This document shows positions 12,000 through 22,290 of a DNA stretch of 64,000 nt, one piece after another. The translations under genes were made by a program, and so were the position numbers. A model generated the notes under the pieces. The model saw nothing but the letters and a program-made list of their open reading frames with translations. It searched no databases and was not told where the DNA came from. Origin of the DNA: Vermamoeba vermiformis (Eukaryota); assembly GCA_045837725.1 (NCBI GenBank), contig JBEWZL010000149.1, positions 1-64,000 of the forward strand, given 5' to 3'. Numbering within the stretch: position 1 is the first letter of the stretch; each line of letters starts with the position of its first letter.

Positions 12000-13156
12000 T
12001 TACATAAAATCATCGTCCATGAAATCAGAAGGTGATTCTTCGCCACTTTCGTCACCTTCTTCATCCTCTTCCTCTTCCTCGTCGTCCTCTTCCTCGTCCT
12101 CGTCTTCCTCCTCGTGTTCTTCCTCGCGCGAGAGCGATTCTACATCCGAACTATCTGAATGTTCGGAGTTGTGCTGTGGACCGCGTACCAGCTGTTGGTA
12201 TTTGACGTGATACGCATCAAACAGAGGGATAGTGTTTGATTCTGTATCTAGCTGCTTTATCTCGGCCACGTCCACGCCAAACTTCGCAGCAATGACCTCG
12301 GCGATATCTGGAAAGGCACTCCAGCCTTTCTTCAGCCTTTCAGTGGCCGTTTTCTTGCGTAATTCACTCTCGGAAAGAAGCTTGTGATCGCCAACAGCAA
12401 CGGGCTCAGATTTAATATCATCGCGACGAAAGAGCTGTAGATTATTTAGTAAATAAATAGTTAAAAGTTTTATTAGTTCGGCGTACCTTGAGAAAAGACT
12501 TTTCTTCTTCTTCCACGAGGTCGGCTTCGATAATATCCACGAGCTTCAGTCGTGCGATCGTATTTCTAATCAATTAATAATTTAGAACAGTAATAAAAGA
12601 GTTACCTTATTTTCTGAAGCTGTTCCATCTTTGAGATCTTCGTTTTTATTTGAAGTAGCGTATTGATATCGTTGATATCGAACCAATACCCTTCGCGTTT
12701 GCTTTGGTGAAGCTTGACGTTGGGGCCTAGCGAGCCTACGGGAAGTTTTTCACCTACGAAAAATAGCTATGAGGATCTGATAGCTAGATTACACACGTTA
12801 TTACCTAATCCTCCAAGCTTTGCATATTTTTTAACAGTAGGGCAGGCAATGCCAGTAATCTCGTTTACCCCGACCACCGTGCAGCGCAAATCTTGGTTTT
12901 CCTCGTCAACGAGGAAGTCTTCTTCAATTAACCTGTAATAAATTAAAGCGTCAGGAATTTTGTAATTGAAATCAAAATATTATAATAAAATATAAAACAT
13001 CGTGTGGATTAGAAACTGGAGACGTAAAAAAATTAATTAATTAAAATAAAAATTATTTCAGTTCGAGTTCGTGATCCGGATCTGGAAACTTTCAATTTTA
13101 AACGCAAAGCACTGATATTAAAGAATTTTATGCGTTACTTACTTAAAGTTAGCCAT
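12000..13156 (-). CDS. Orphan protein with long acidic C-terminal tail
   Basis: Starts MANFK|LIEEDFLVDEE; 5 exons join in frame (introns ~13142-12933, ~12804-12754, 12605-12566, 12486-12436). Ends EEEHEEEDEDEEEDDEEEEEDEEGDESGEESPSDFMDDDFM*. Confidence 0.7.
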
Positions 13157-13241
13157 CGTGTTGCAGTTTTTCCGTCACGTGTTTGTTTGTGTTCTCGATC
13201 TGAGCAATTTTACAAAAATCTTCCGAACGAACACCTCAACT

Positions 13242-15912
13242 ATGTCACGAAGACGTAGTTATCAGTAAGTAAGCGTTATATTTCAACGTAAATACTAATT
13301 AAAAATATTTAGGGCCTCAGACGATACTTTGATCCGGGCAATGTAAGTTTTTTAATTTAAGAAATAATATTATTAAAAATAAATTAAATATTCGTAATTA
13401 AAATTAGTTAAAGCATTGTTATATTACAAAATTAATAAGTAATAATTACGACTAAAATTTTATTTTAAAAAGGGCTCGAAACACTACGTACGAGACGACC
13501 GTCAACGACATTGAAGCACGGGTCAGGCGAGAGGAGCAACAAGCTGCCGACAGAGCCGCTCGGCTAGCATCTCGCAATGGGGAGCGTGCGAGTCAAGAGA
13601 GCGCAGGGCAGCAAACTCGTGGAAATGGACGCGGTCGTGGTCAAAGCCAGAACTCTAGTGGTAGTCAATCTGGGCGCCGCCGCCCCCCGCGAAGAACAAG
13701 AGAGCAGTCGCAAGGACAAGCCGACCCTGATGCGACGCAGCTAGTTTCGTCGGCACCGCCAACGCAGGCACTACCGCCAAACAGTTCAGCTAGCCAGGTA
13801 CGTTAAAAAACTAGCTACGAGGGTTTGATAGCTAATATTTTTCACGTAGGAGGGCAATGACCAAGCATTGGTGCCTGAACCTTCGAACACCAATGTGATG
13901 ATACCTGAGCCTGATGCAGTGAGGCAAGACAACCAAAGTGCCTCACGGGAGAACGAGCGCATTGTCCCGCCAGAGTCAAGCAGTGGGGAGAAAGCAAGCC
14001 AGCACTCTTCGGGGGAGAATTCAGGTGTCGGTCATTCCGAGTCTGGCAGCGGCAAGCAATCGAGTGGCAGTGCATCCCAGAATAATGCCAACGTTATCCC
14101 TGAGTCTGGAGATGGTGTTAATTCGTTGCCTGACGGTGAGCAGGAAAGTGCGGACTCAGCGAGCCCCTCTCCCAGCAGCGCCGTTGGCGCTGATCAATCG
14201 AATGCGGACTCAGCGAGTCCCCCTCCCAGTGGTGCAGAGCAATCCAATGCGGACTTAACGAGCCCCCCTCCCAGTGGAGTAGTTGCCGAGCAATCTTCCT
14301 CTGTTGAAGGCTCAAACCAAGCCACTCCGGGGCAGGTGAGAAAAAACCAGCTACAGGAAGCCAATAGCTAATATTTTATAGGCAAGCAATGCTGTTGCAA
14401 GTGGTGTGGTGCCAAATGACTCAGCTGGCTCATCTCAGGACATTGAAAGCGCCCAGGTAAGTCAACTTTTCCTTTCCTTTACCTTTGTTCTAACTAATAA
14501 CCTACAGCGACCTCGAAATAACATTGATTTGGATCAGCCAATGGCTTTATCTCGTTACATCAACCACATCACGTTCACCAGTGGTGAACTTGAGGAGAAA
14601 ATAGACCTGCCCTTGGCAAACGAAGGGCGGCAGCTATCAAGCTCCGCGTCAACACCACAACCGCGAATGGTATGCTGTTATTAGTTTAAGATAAAAAACT
14701 AAATTTATCTATTTTAGACGACTCGCGCAGCATCTGCTCGTGAGGAGGATGTGACCGAGCAGATTGAGGACACAGAACTTCAGTCTGGCCCACGAGAAAA
14801 GTCTGCAGCTCCCAAGAAGTCCTCACCAAAGAAAAAGTCTACGCGGGAAGAGAAAAGCCAGGAGGAGGAGGATAACGAGCAGCCTCGTGCAAGAGATGCA
14901 GCCACCAAGTCCCCGGCAAAGAAGAAGAGGGTGGTGGAAGATAGCGAGGAGGAGGAAGAGCGACCTCCTTCAAAAAAACCAGCCTCCAAGTCCCCATCAA
15001 AGAAAAAGCAGGTGGGCAAGGTGGACGACGAGGAGGAAGAGCGGCCTCGGTCAAAAAAAGCAGCCTCCAAGTCCCCGTCACCAAAGAAAAAGCAGGTGGG
15101 CAAGGTGGATGAGGAGGAGGAAGAGCGGCCTCGGTCAAAAAAAGCAGCCTCGAAGTCCCCGTCACCAAAGAAAAAGCAGGTGGGCAAGGTGAGCGACGAC
15201 GAGCGGCCTCGGTCAAAACATGCAGCCTCCAGCAAGTCTCCGGAAAAACCTTCTGGAAAACGAAAAGCTCGCGATGGGGACAGTGGCGAAGATGAGCCTC
15301 CTCAAAAAAAGGTACGCATCTAAAATTAAAATTGTTATTGATAACTAACTTTAGTATTTGCAGCGAAAAGTACAGCCGTACTTCGTGAAGAAGGTTCAGG
15401 TCTTGAAGCATGCCCAGTACGATCCTAATGTGGATGAACTTGTGGCCAAGTACCGACAGGATCACCCCGGGACAACAAAGAAGGAGGCCAAGGAACAAGT
15501 CGAGAAACAAATTGCCAGGCGGCGAAAAAAGGACCGCAAGAAAAGAAGTAAGTTATTAATTATTTTTAAATGCTGACTTTAACTTGCTCTTGTAGAGTAC
15601 ATAGAAATGAAGAAGTACCAGGAGAGCGACGGTATTTTCTTCGCCAGGTCTCGCTTCCAGAGAATTGTCCGCGACATCACTGCTGATGTCGGACAAGAGT
15701 ATAGGTTCCAGAGGAGTGCTCTGGAAGCTCTTCAATACTCCTCGGAAATGTTCATCACGAACGTTTTCGAGATGGCTACCTTGGCGACCGTTCACGCTGG
15801 TCGCCAAACATTGCAGGTCAATGACATGCGATTGGTGTACAATGTACACAGCATGGCAGAAGGATCTGCAATTCATTTGTTAAAAGATCGACTTCAACAG
15901 AGTCGCCAGTAG
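13242..15912 (+). CDS. Giant histone H3-like protein (~731 aa; C-terminal H3 histone fold, ~630-aa disordered N-terminus)
   Basis: Nine exons (13242-13264, 13313-13342, 13473-13797, 13850-14335, 14382-14456, 14508-14669, 14718-15311, 15364-15547, 15596-15912) total 2196 nt in frame. The last exon IEMKKYQES...RFQRIVRDITADVGQEYRFQRSALEALQYSSEMFITNVFEMATLATVHAGRQTLQVNDMRLV aligns without gaps to H3 REIRRYQKS...[30 protein letters not shown]...HAKRVTIMPKDIQLA. Confidence 0.85.
14860..15245 (+). repeat. ~75-84-bp coding repeats (EEEEERPRSKKAASKSPSPKKKQVGKVD) x~5
   Basis: Visible in ORF 14751-15323; several copies are nearly identical at DNA level. Confidence 0.9.
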
Positions 15913-16002
15913 TCCCTTGTAAAATAAATGGGTTTTTTATATCTACAGTCGCAAAAGCAGCTATGGGAATCCTATAGCTATTATTTTCGTGTCAGTAGTT
16001 GA

Positions 16003-16489
16003 TAGACCGTCCGATTTTCGTACGCCTGTCTTGGACTGGTGAAAGAGACCGTCCGATTTTCGTACGCCTGTCTGCGTGTGGTTAAAGAGACCGTCCGACT
16101 TTCGTACGCCTATCTTGGACTGTTTAAAGAGACCGTCCGATTTTCGTACGCCTAGCTTGGACTGGTTAAAGAGCCTGTCCGATTTTCGTACGTGTACTTG
16201 GACTGGGTACACAGACCGTCCGACTTTCGTACGCCTGTCTTGGACTGGTGAAAGAGAGCGTCCGATTTTCGTACGCCTATCTTGAAGGGCTAAAGAGACC
16301 GTCCGATTTTCGTACGCCTGTCTGCGTGTGGTTAAAGAGACCGTCCGACTTTCGTACGCCTATCTTGGACTGGTTAAAGAGAGCGTACGATTTTCGTACG
16401 CCTGTCTGCGCGTGGTTAAAGAGACCGTCCGACTTTCGTACGCCTATCTTGGACTGGTTAAAGAGAGCGTACGATTTTCGTACGCCTAT
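16003..16489. repeat. 42-bp tandem array, ~12 copies, partly alternating variants
   Basis: Unit AGACCGTCCGATTTTCGTACGCCTRTCTTGGACTGGTTAAAG starts at 16004, 16046, 16088, 16130 and onward. CTGCGTGTGG and CTTGGACTGG variants alternate. Confidence 0.95.
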
Positions 16490-16586
16490 CATATGACATT
16501 AAAAAAACAGCTATAGAAACTTTGTAGCTACTTTTTACAATATTTTATTTTTAACCCTCTCACCCCCAAACCCTAAAGCTATATTA

Positions 16587-16985
16587 ATTGGTCAGGGATC
16601 GTCTGATCTTCAGACGAATGGTCAGGAATTCTCAGAAATTGGTCAGGGATCGTCTGATCTTCAGACGAATGGTCAGGAATTCTCAGAAATTGGTCAGGGA
16701 TCGTCTGATCTTCGGACGAATGGTCAGGAATTCTCAGAAATTGGTCAGGGATCGTCTGATCTTCAGACGAATGGTCAGGAATTCTCAGAAATTGGTCAGG
16801 GATCGTCTGATCTTCGGACGAATGGTCAGGAATTCTCGAAAATTGCCTGGGATCGTCTGATCTTCAGACGAATGGTCAGGAATTCTTGAAAATTGCCTGG
16901 GATCGTCCGATCTTCAGACGAATGGTCAAGAATTCTAGGAAATTGGTCTGGGATCGTCCGATCTTCGGACGAAAGGCCTAGAATT
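16587..16985. repeat. 51-bp tandem array, 8 copies
   Basis: Unit TGGTCAGGGATCGTCTGATCTTCAGACGAATGGTCAGGAATTCTCAGAAAT, degenerating rightwards. Confidence 0.95.
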
Positions 16986-17586
16986 CTTCAAAAGTTTTAG
17001 GGTACTACCATCCCAGCCCTAGCCTTTTAAGTAGAATAATCATGTGGAAATGATCCAGCAAAAGAACATAAGAATAAATAAAAAAGTAAGTTTATTATTT
17101 TGCCTAATTATTTTAATTATAATTGATACTGATATTGTTTTTGTTTGCAACAGCTTTGACTTCACTGGTCTTCTGCATGCATTATGTGTTCCAAAGCATC
17201 TTGGGCGTCATTGCCAATCTGACTAACATCTTCAAGGTGCCCATCTTACCTTTCAGCCTACCAGATCTCAAGAGTACTGGCAGGAGCAACTATCCTTGAA
17301 AGTTTCTTCATTTTCATCCATAGCATAGACTCACAGTCCTACACTCTGTAGCAACAGCACACTTTTGAAATACCATCAGAACCTATTTTGACACAACACT
17401 TGATTGTTGTAAGCCTTGCAACTAACTCTTCATAACAAACATCAATCCCTTGAGTTGCATAAATATCAAATATTATTGAGATAGCCCCAGCCCCAATCAA
17501 GTAAAGCTTGAAACACATGTTTTTGCAGGATTTTTTATTTGAAACAGAGTTTTTTACACTACAATCACTGCTTTCCAACATTTTCT

Positions 17587-19800
17587 TTATTTAAAAAAAT
17601 TGGGATCATAAACCATGTCAACAGGGACCCAAGTTCCATGTTTAAACTCTTCCTTGTAAAATATTGCAGCACCAACAACTCTCTGGCTCCATTGAGTGTT
17701 GAATTTAGTTGACATTGTGAGGGACTTTGCATCATTAGCAGAGCTACTAAAAATTAGCACTGGAGTGGAAAAGTGGGAAAGTAAACCTACCTTGTTGCAA
17801 CTAAGTTTATGCTTGTTTGAAAATCTCTGACATTCTGGTTCAGAATTTTGGTTGCAAGGTCATTTACATTCTTGTTGTCTGCAGCTGAAGGTGCCAAAAA
17901 TGAAGCACCAGTATATGCCATTGATATTCTGTGTTGCCTTAGTTAAACTTTTACAAAATGAAGTTATTACCTGTAATTATCTGATTGGGTAATTAACACA
18001 GACACAATTTGTCCAACAGAGACATTGTTGTATGTGGCAGTGTATTCCAAAAGCTTTCCAAATTGTACAAATTGGGAGCTCTTGTGTTTGGAGTCTATTA
18101 CCACCACTGCAATTTCAGAATCAATCGAAGCAGATTCAAAATCTAGCACTCGTGCAGTTGATTCACTTGCTACTATAAATTTGCCTGCTCCATACTAAAT
18201 ACTAGTTTAAAACCAAAACAAAGGATGATTTCCACTTACACTTGACAAGTGAGCATTAGCACCAACATAAGCAGAGATACCATGCAAATTGAGAGTTGAT
18301 ATGCAAGAGCCACTGTCCTTGTTGAAAAAATATAACAAAGAACCGTGTCTAATGACAACATAGTTCTTATGAAGTAATGGAGAAACAAAAGCATAACTTC
18401 CCCCTGACAAAGAAGTCAAAAACTTCTTTGCCGTTCGGGTGGCCACATCAATTATCAGCCAAGAGTTGGCCAGTACAATCAATAACTGGTTTGAAACAGA
18501 TTAATTAACTTTAACAGAGTAACAGACAAGCTTACGTGTGACTCATCGAAATAAAATGTTGCCGAGTCCTCTTGCGACAAAGGAAATGCCATTACTTCTT
18601 TATCACTCTCAGTATCAAGGATATGAATGTTGTCTTTTGACGCCGACTTGAAAACGAAATACTTTCCGACGAGTTGACACGCGTCAACGTAAAGCGGAGA
18701 CTTCCAGTGGTGAACAGTATAATGACCGGTGACGAGATCGATGATAAAATACTCTTGGTTGCTAATATAATATTATAAATCTTGATATCATTGGTCGACC
18801 AAATAAAAGGTACGCACCGAAGAACGGCAATAGTTTGGCACTCCACATTAGAGTTTGCGAGCCACATAGCTTCCTCGTCCGCCTCTATTTTACCGTGTTA
18901 CTAAATGAAATAAATCGAGTCAAGTAAGCTTACTGATCTCGGTGATCGTAACACTCTTAGCTTCCTTGCTGGAGCGATCTGTGATTAATAGAGTTCGCTT
19001 GCAATTGAAACTACCTGGTGCGTAGTCCTAATAGCATAAAACTTAATCGAAAAACGACTAGTAAAACGTTGCTTACTGTGCTAACGATATACTTTGAGGT
19101 AAGTAGTGCCTTTGGGTTCGGCAAAGTAACAGGAGTTCGCACCCAAGTCTCCAAATTGATGATTTCATGCGACATAAAGTGCGTGAACCAAAAAGAACTG
19201 AAATAGCGCGGTTAAGTCGTTGACGAAGTAGGAATTTCAGGTACCTGTAATTCTCAAACTCCGCCCAGGTGATGAGCACCTCGTTGCCAGCAATTGAACA
19301 ATATGCTTCTATCGTACCGTAACGCCTTTGTCCATCGCGCGAGGTAGCAAAGGCGCGAGACAAAAATCTATTGAACAATAGTTCAGAAAAAGTAAAGTAA
19401 TTTAATTATGTTAGAACTACCTGTTGTTTTCCATATTCTTTCTAACGACATGGTACTTCAAGGCGTAGACTTTCCAAGACTCGTACGTATTTTGAAGTTG
19501 CCCACGCGTATGACACAACCCCTAAATACTTATTTTTAATCATTTGGGAACTTCCCAACTCCATGATTGAATTTATAGAATTTGTATTTCGATCCAATTT
19601 CCTATTAAAGACTCGAACGGTCAATAATAAAGCATTAAATAATTTTTACGTAATTAATTAAAATTTACCTGCCAAATTAAATCGTTTTTAAGGTTCTCAT
19701 TCCACGTTTTGCAAACCGCCTCGAGCTTGACTGCATCGTCAGGTTCAACAATAGCAACGACTAAAGCGAAGAGATCTAATGGTAAAGCTGACCAGCTCAT
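17587..19800 (-). CDS. F-box protein, multi-exon
   Basis: Starts MSWSALPLDLFALVVAIVEPDDAVKLEAVCKTWNE (F-box pattern). Downstream exons match ORFs 18207-18482 and 17967-18149; the last exon ends MVYDPNFFK*. Confidence 0.6.
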
Positions 19801-20115
19801 TTGTGTTGATCCGTAAACCGGTGAAATAATTAATCCCGAAAAGCACGAAAGTAATTGTTGGTGGTTATTTCGTTATTTCCTTTCTTAACAATTTAACGAT
19901 AAAGCTATTCGGATAAAGTTATTTATTACATTCGCTTTGAGCACAACCTAATCCGGGCTCACTTAGGCTTTTGCCACCAGGTCAGCTTCTCGTCTTGAAC
20001 TTTCGGCTGCGATTTTATATTGCTAGCTAGTGGATATAATTTACCGGTTTTAGGACAAAAGTAAACGCGGTAATGATGGAGCACTGAGTTGCAACGGGAC
20101 ACAAATCTAACCATG

Positions 20116-20789
20116 TTAGGGGCTGTTAATGATACGAGCGAGAACCTGAGACATATGATTATTGTACCTGTTTGCGTCGCGTATTTTGTTTTTGTAAGCG
20201 GCGGATAGGCAATAGTAGCCGACGCATGCCAAGGAAACGGCTAAAGGGAGGAGTGCCGACGAATCACCCTCAATATTATCGAGATAGAACGATAATTTAT
20301 TCGATTTTCCAAAGTAGGCAACGGGATTACCCTGCAGTACGAAGATCAGTTTCAGATCAAGTGTCAAGTTAAGTCGGTGTCCTTACTGCTTCCGTTGGCC
20401 AAAATATATTTACCCATGCTACTAAATTGCATAACAAAAGTGCGCTTAATATGACTGAGGAACGCAAGTTAGTAACCAAAAGAAAAAATTTATGTGTTTC
20501 TCACTCACGCAGGGATCTCCGCTTCTCACGCTGTAAAATCTTGTATTCTTCTCGTAGATGCGTTTCAAAAATTACAATATCTAAATGAAAACGTAAAATT
20601 AATATTCCGAAACAAGATCCGCAGTTTTAGGGATCCAAAAAACCTCCAGAACAGCCAAAATTAATTAAAAAATTAAATTAATTTCTTTGATTTATTTAAT
20701 GACTTGCCCTGTAGTTGCCTCCTCCGATCCAGTGTGAAAGTCTGTTTTGCAATTGCTTCTGCCTGTCTAACGTCGTTATGACTCGCCAT
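20116..20789 (-). CDS. Spo7/CNEP1R1-like small membrane regulator of Nem1/CTDNEP1 phosphatase
   Basis: Spliced DIVIFETHLREEYKILQREKRRSLLILSALLLCNLVAW resembles the Spo7/CNEP1R1 pattern (DLxxFExxL, then a TM segment). A second TM is followed by YKNKIRDANRYNNHMSQVL. First intron is GC-AG. Confidence 0.5.
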
Positions 20790-20934
20790 TGCTTTTCCTC
20801 GTCATTAATTGCGTATTACAATTTTGGTGACGTATTGCAGTCCGCTGAAGGACTGGCAAAAAAAATGACCGAAATCTTGTTCCTAATTCATTTTATTTAC
20901 AATTTAAATATATTCCAGGGTAGTATTCGCTAAG

Positions 20935-22187
20935 TTATTCGTGACTCGGCTCGGATTCCTCCGATTGATCTTGGTCCACCATTGTCACACCGTCGGTGGG
21001 TTGGGTCAAGGCACCCATTTGCTGCTGCGGCATTGGGAATGAAATGACATATGGCCGTCCTTGTTGTGCTTGTTGAAGTGCCATAAGCTGTGAAGTAGCG
21101 TTAAAAACGAATGAGCCTGAAATTTCAGCAGCTGTTTAGGGCTGCGACACGTACCTGTTGTTGCGACACCATGAAGACGGTATTGCCACCGTGAGCGTCG
21201 GGTAAACTGTAATACTGCGGCATGTACTCGCCCATGCCCTGCACCAGTCCCATAGCGCGCAGCTCGTCTGCAGATTGCTGCTGTTGTTGCTGAATAAACT
21301 GAAGGTAAATTACGTGTACAAATGCAATTGATAACAGACTACGATGCAGGCCGCCAAGTAGGCTCCTCAACCAACGCTCAATGCTAAAAATGATTTGCTT
21401 TTGTGAGAACTTACTGCTTTCTTGGGTTTGACAACGTCCTCTCGTGGCACGATGTCGATCAAAAAGTCATAGCTGTCTGTCTTCGCTACCGCCAGTGCCA
21501 CATCGTTTTTCTATTCGCGGTTAAGAACGTAAATTAGCGATAAACCAATAATAAACGGCAATAATTAGCTACCTGTAATGTCTTCCTTCGGTTCTCATCT
21601 GTGTTCAACCATGCCCGCAACGTCAATTCTCGCAAAAATAATTCGCAGGCCTTTGAAAATAAATCGAGTACTTCGGCACTAATCATCTGTAGAATAAGAC
21701 GTTAGTACGCGGGCGAATTAATCATGAAGTCTTGGAAAAACAGTCCTCTTGTTAAAATATCGATTATAAACCGTTAATAATTCCAAAAATATTATGACAA
21801 ATATTTCTACAATAAATTACGTTCAAATTTAGCATTTTCGGCAGATCGAACAATAATGAAAATTGTTCATAATAATTAAATAAAGCTTACCTTGACGTCT
21901 TCATCTGACTTCATAATTTTTTTAATTCTTGAAAGTGGTAACAAGTGGTTTTTAAGTTCAGGGCCGGACATAGCTTCAATCTCTTGGGAGATCTGCTGCC
22001 AAAAGCTGTTTAAATTTAAACTCTGTTGATACGCTGCCGGTAATTGAATGCCCTGTGGGGCTTGTGCGGTAGGTTGAAACCGATCTCCAACCAAATTTAA
22101 CAGAGGATCGGTTTGCACCGAAACAGCATGATCTCCGTTGGTCGGTGCCTCTTCATGATTATTATTATTAATTGGCCTATCTGTCAT
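20935..22187 (-). CDS. NFYC: Nuclear transcription factor Y subunit C (HAP5)
   Basis: HLLPLSRIKKIMKSDEDVK|MISAEVLDLFSKACELFLRELTLRAWLNTDENRRKTLQ|KNDVALAVAKTDSYDFLIDIVPR with a Q-rich tail. Confidence 0.92.
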
Positions 22188-22290
22188 TATCGTATCATGC
22201 GTGTTTTTCCAAAGGTCAGCGCGGGGACAAAAACCAAAAAAGATTGACACACAAATCAAATATTTTTTTCAATTCAAATAACAAACACAA

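Larger units (their letters stand above)
2594..16529. promoter_or_regulatory. Dispersed palindromic site AGCTAY-N9-RTAGCT (12 exact copies), putative dimeric DNA-binding-protein site
   Basis: 21-bp copies start at 2594, 3428, 4705, 4762, 6411, 7487, 8537, 12765, 13813, 14349, 15959 and 16509. Degenerate copies at 7910 and 11248. Usually flanked by an A-tract and a T-tract. Confidence 0.85.
1860..17010. mobile_element. Putative large DNA element or gene island (orphan genes, Fpg/Nei, H3-fold protein, repeat arrays); ends not defined
   Basis: A private palindromic motif occurs only here (2594-16529). The segment has orphan genes, terminal tandem arrays and CpG-depleted flanks. No TIR pair, TSD or transposase was recognised. 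Confidence 0.55.

Noticed and set aside
15596-15912. Calling the H3-like protein CENP-A/CenH3
   Set aside because: Loop 1 is not extended and the Q68 and F84 equivalents are canonical; only the divergent tail and a T107-to-A change fit.
16551-16570. TTAA-CCCT as a piggyBac terminus
   Set aside because: No matching inverted end or piggyBac transposase in the window.
15961-16860. ORFs with 14-aa and 17-aa repeats in the arrays
   Set aside because: They are by-products of 42- and 51-bp units, open on both strands, with a frameshift and no gene structure.
16003-16985. CRISPR-like array
   Set aside because: There are no unique spacers; whole units repeat. The context is eukaryotic and no cas genes are present.
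1860-17010. Endogenous giant virus, Polinton or Helitron assignment
   Set aside because: No capsid, PolB, packaging ATPase, integrase or RepHel was recognised, and the genes are intron-rich in host style.
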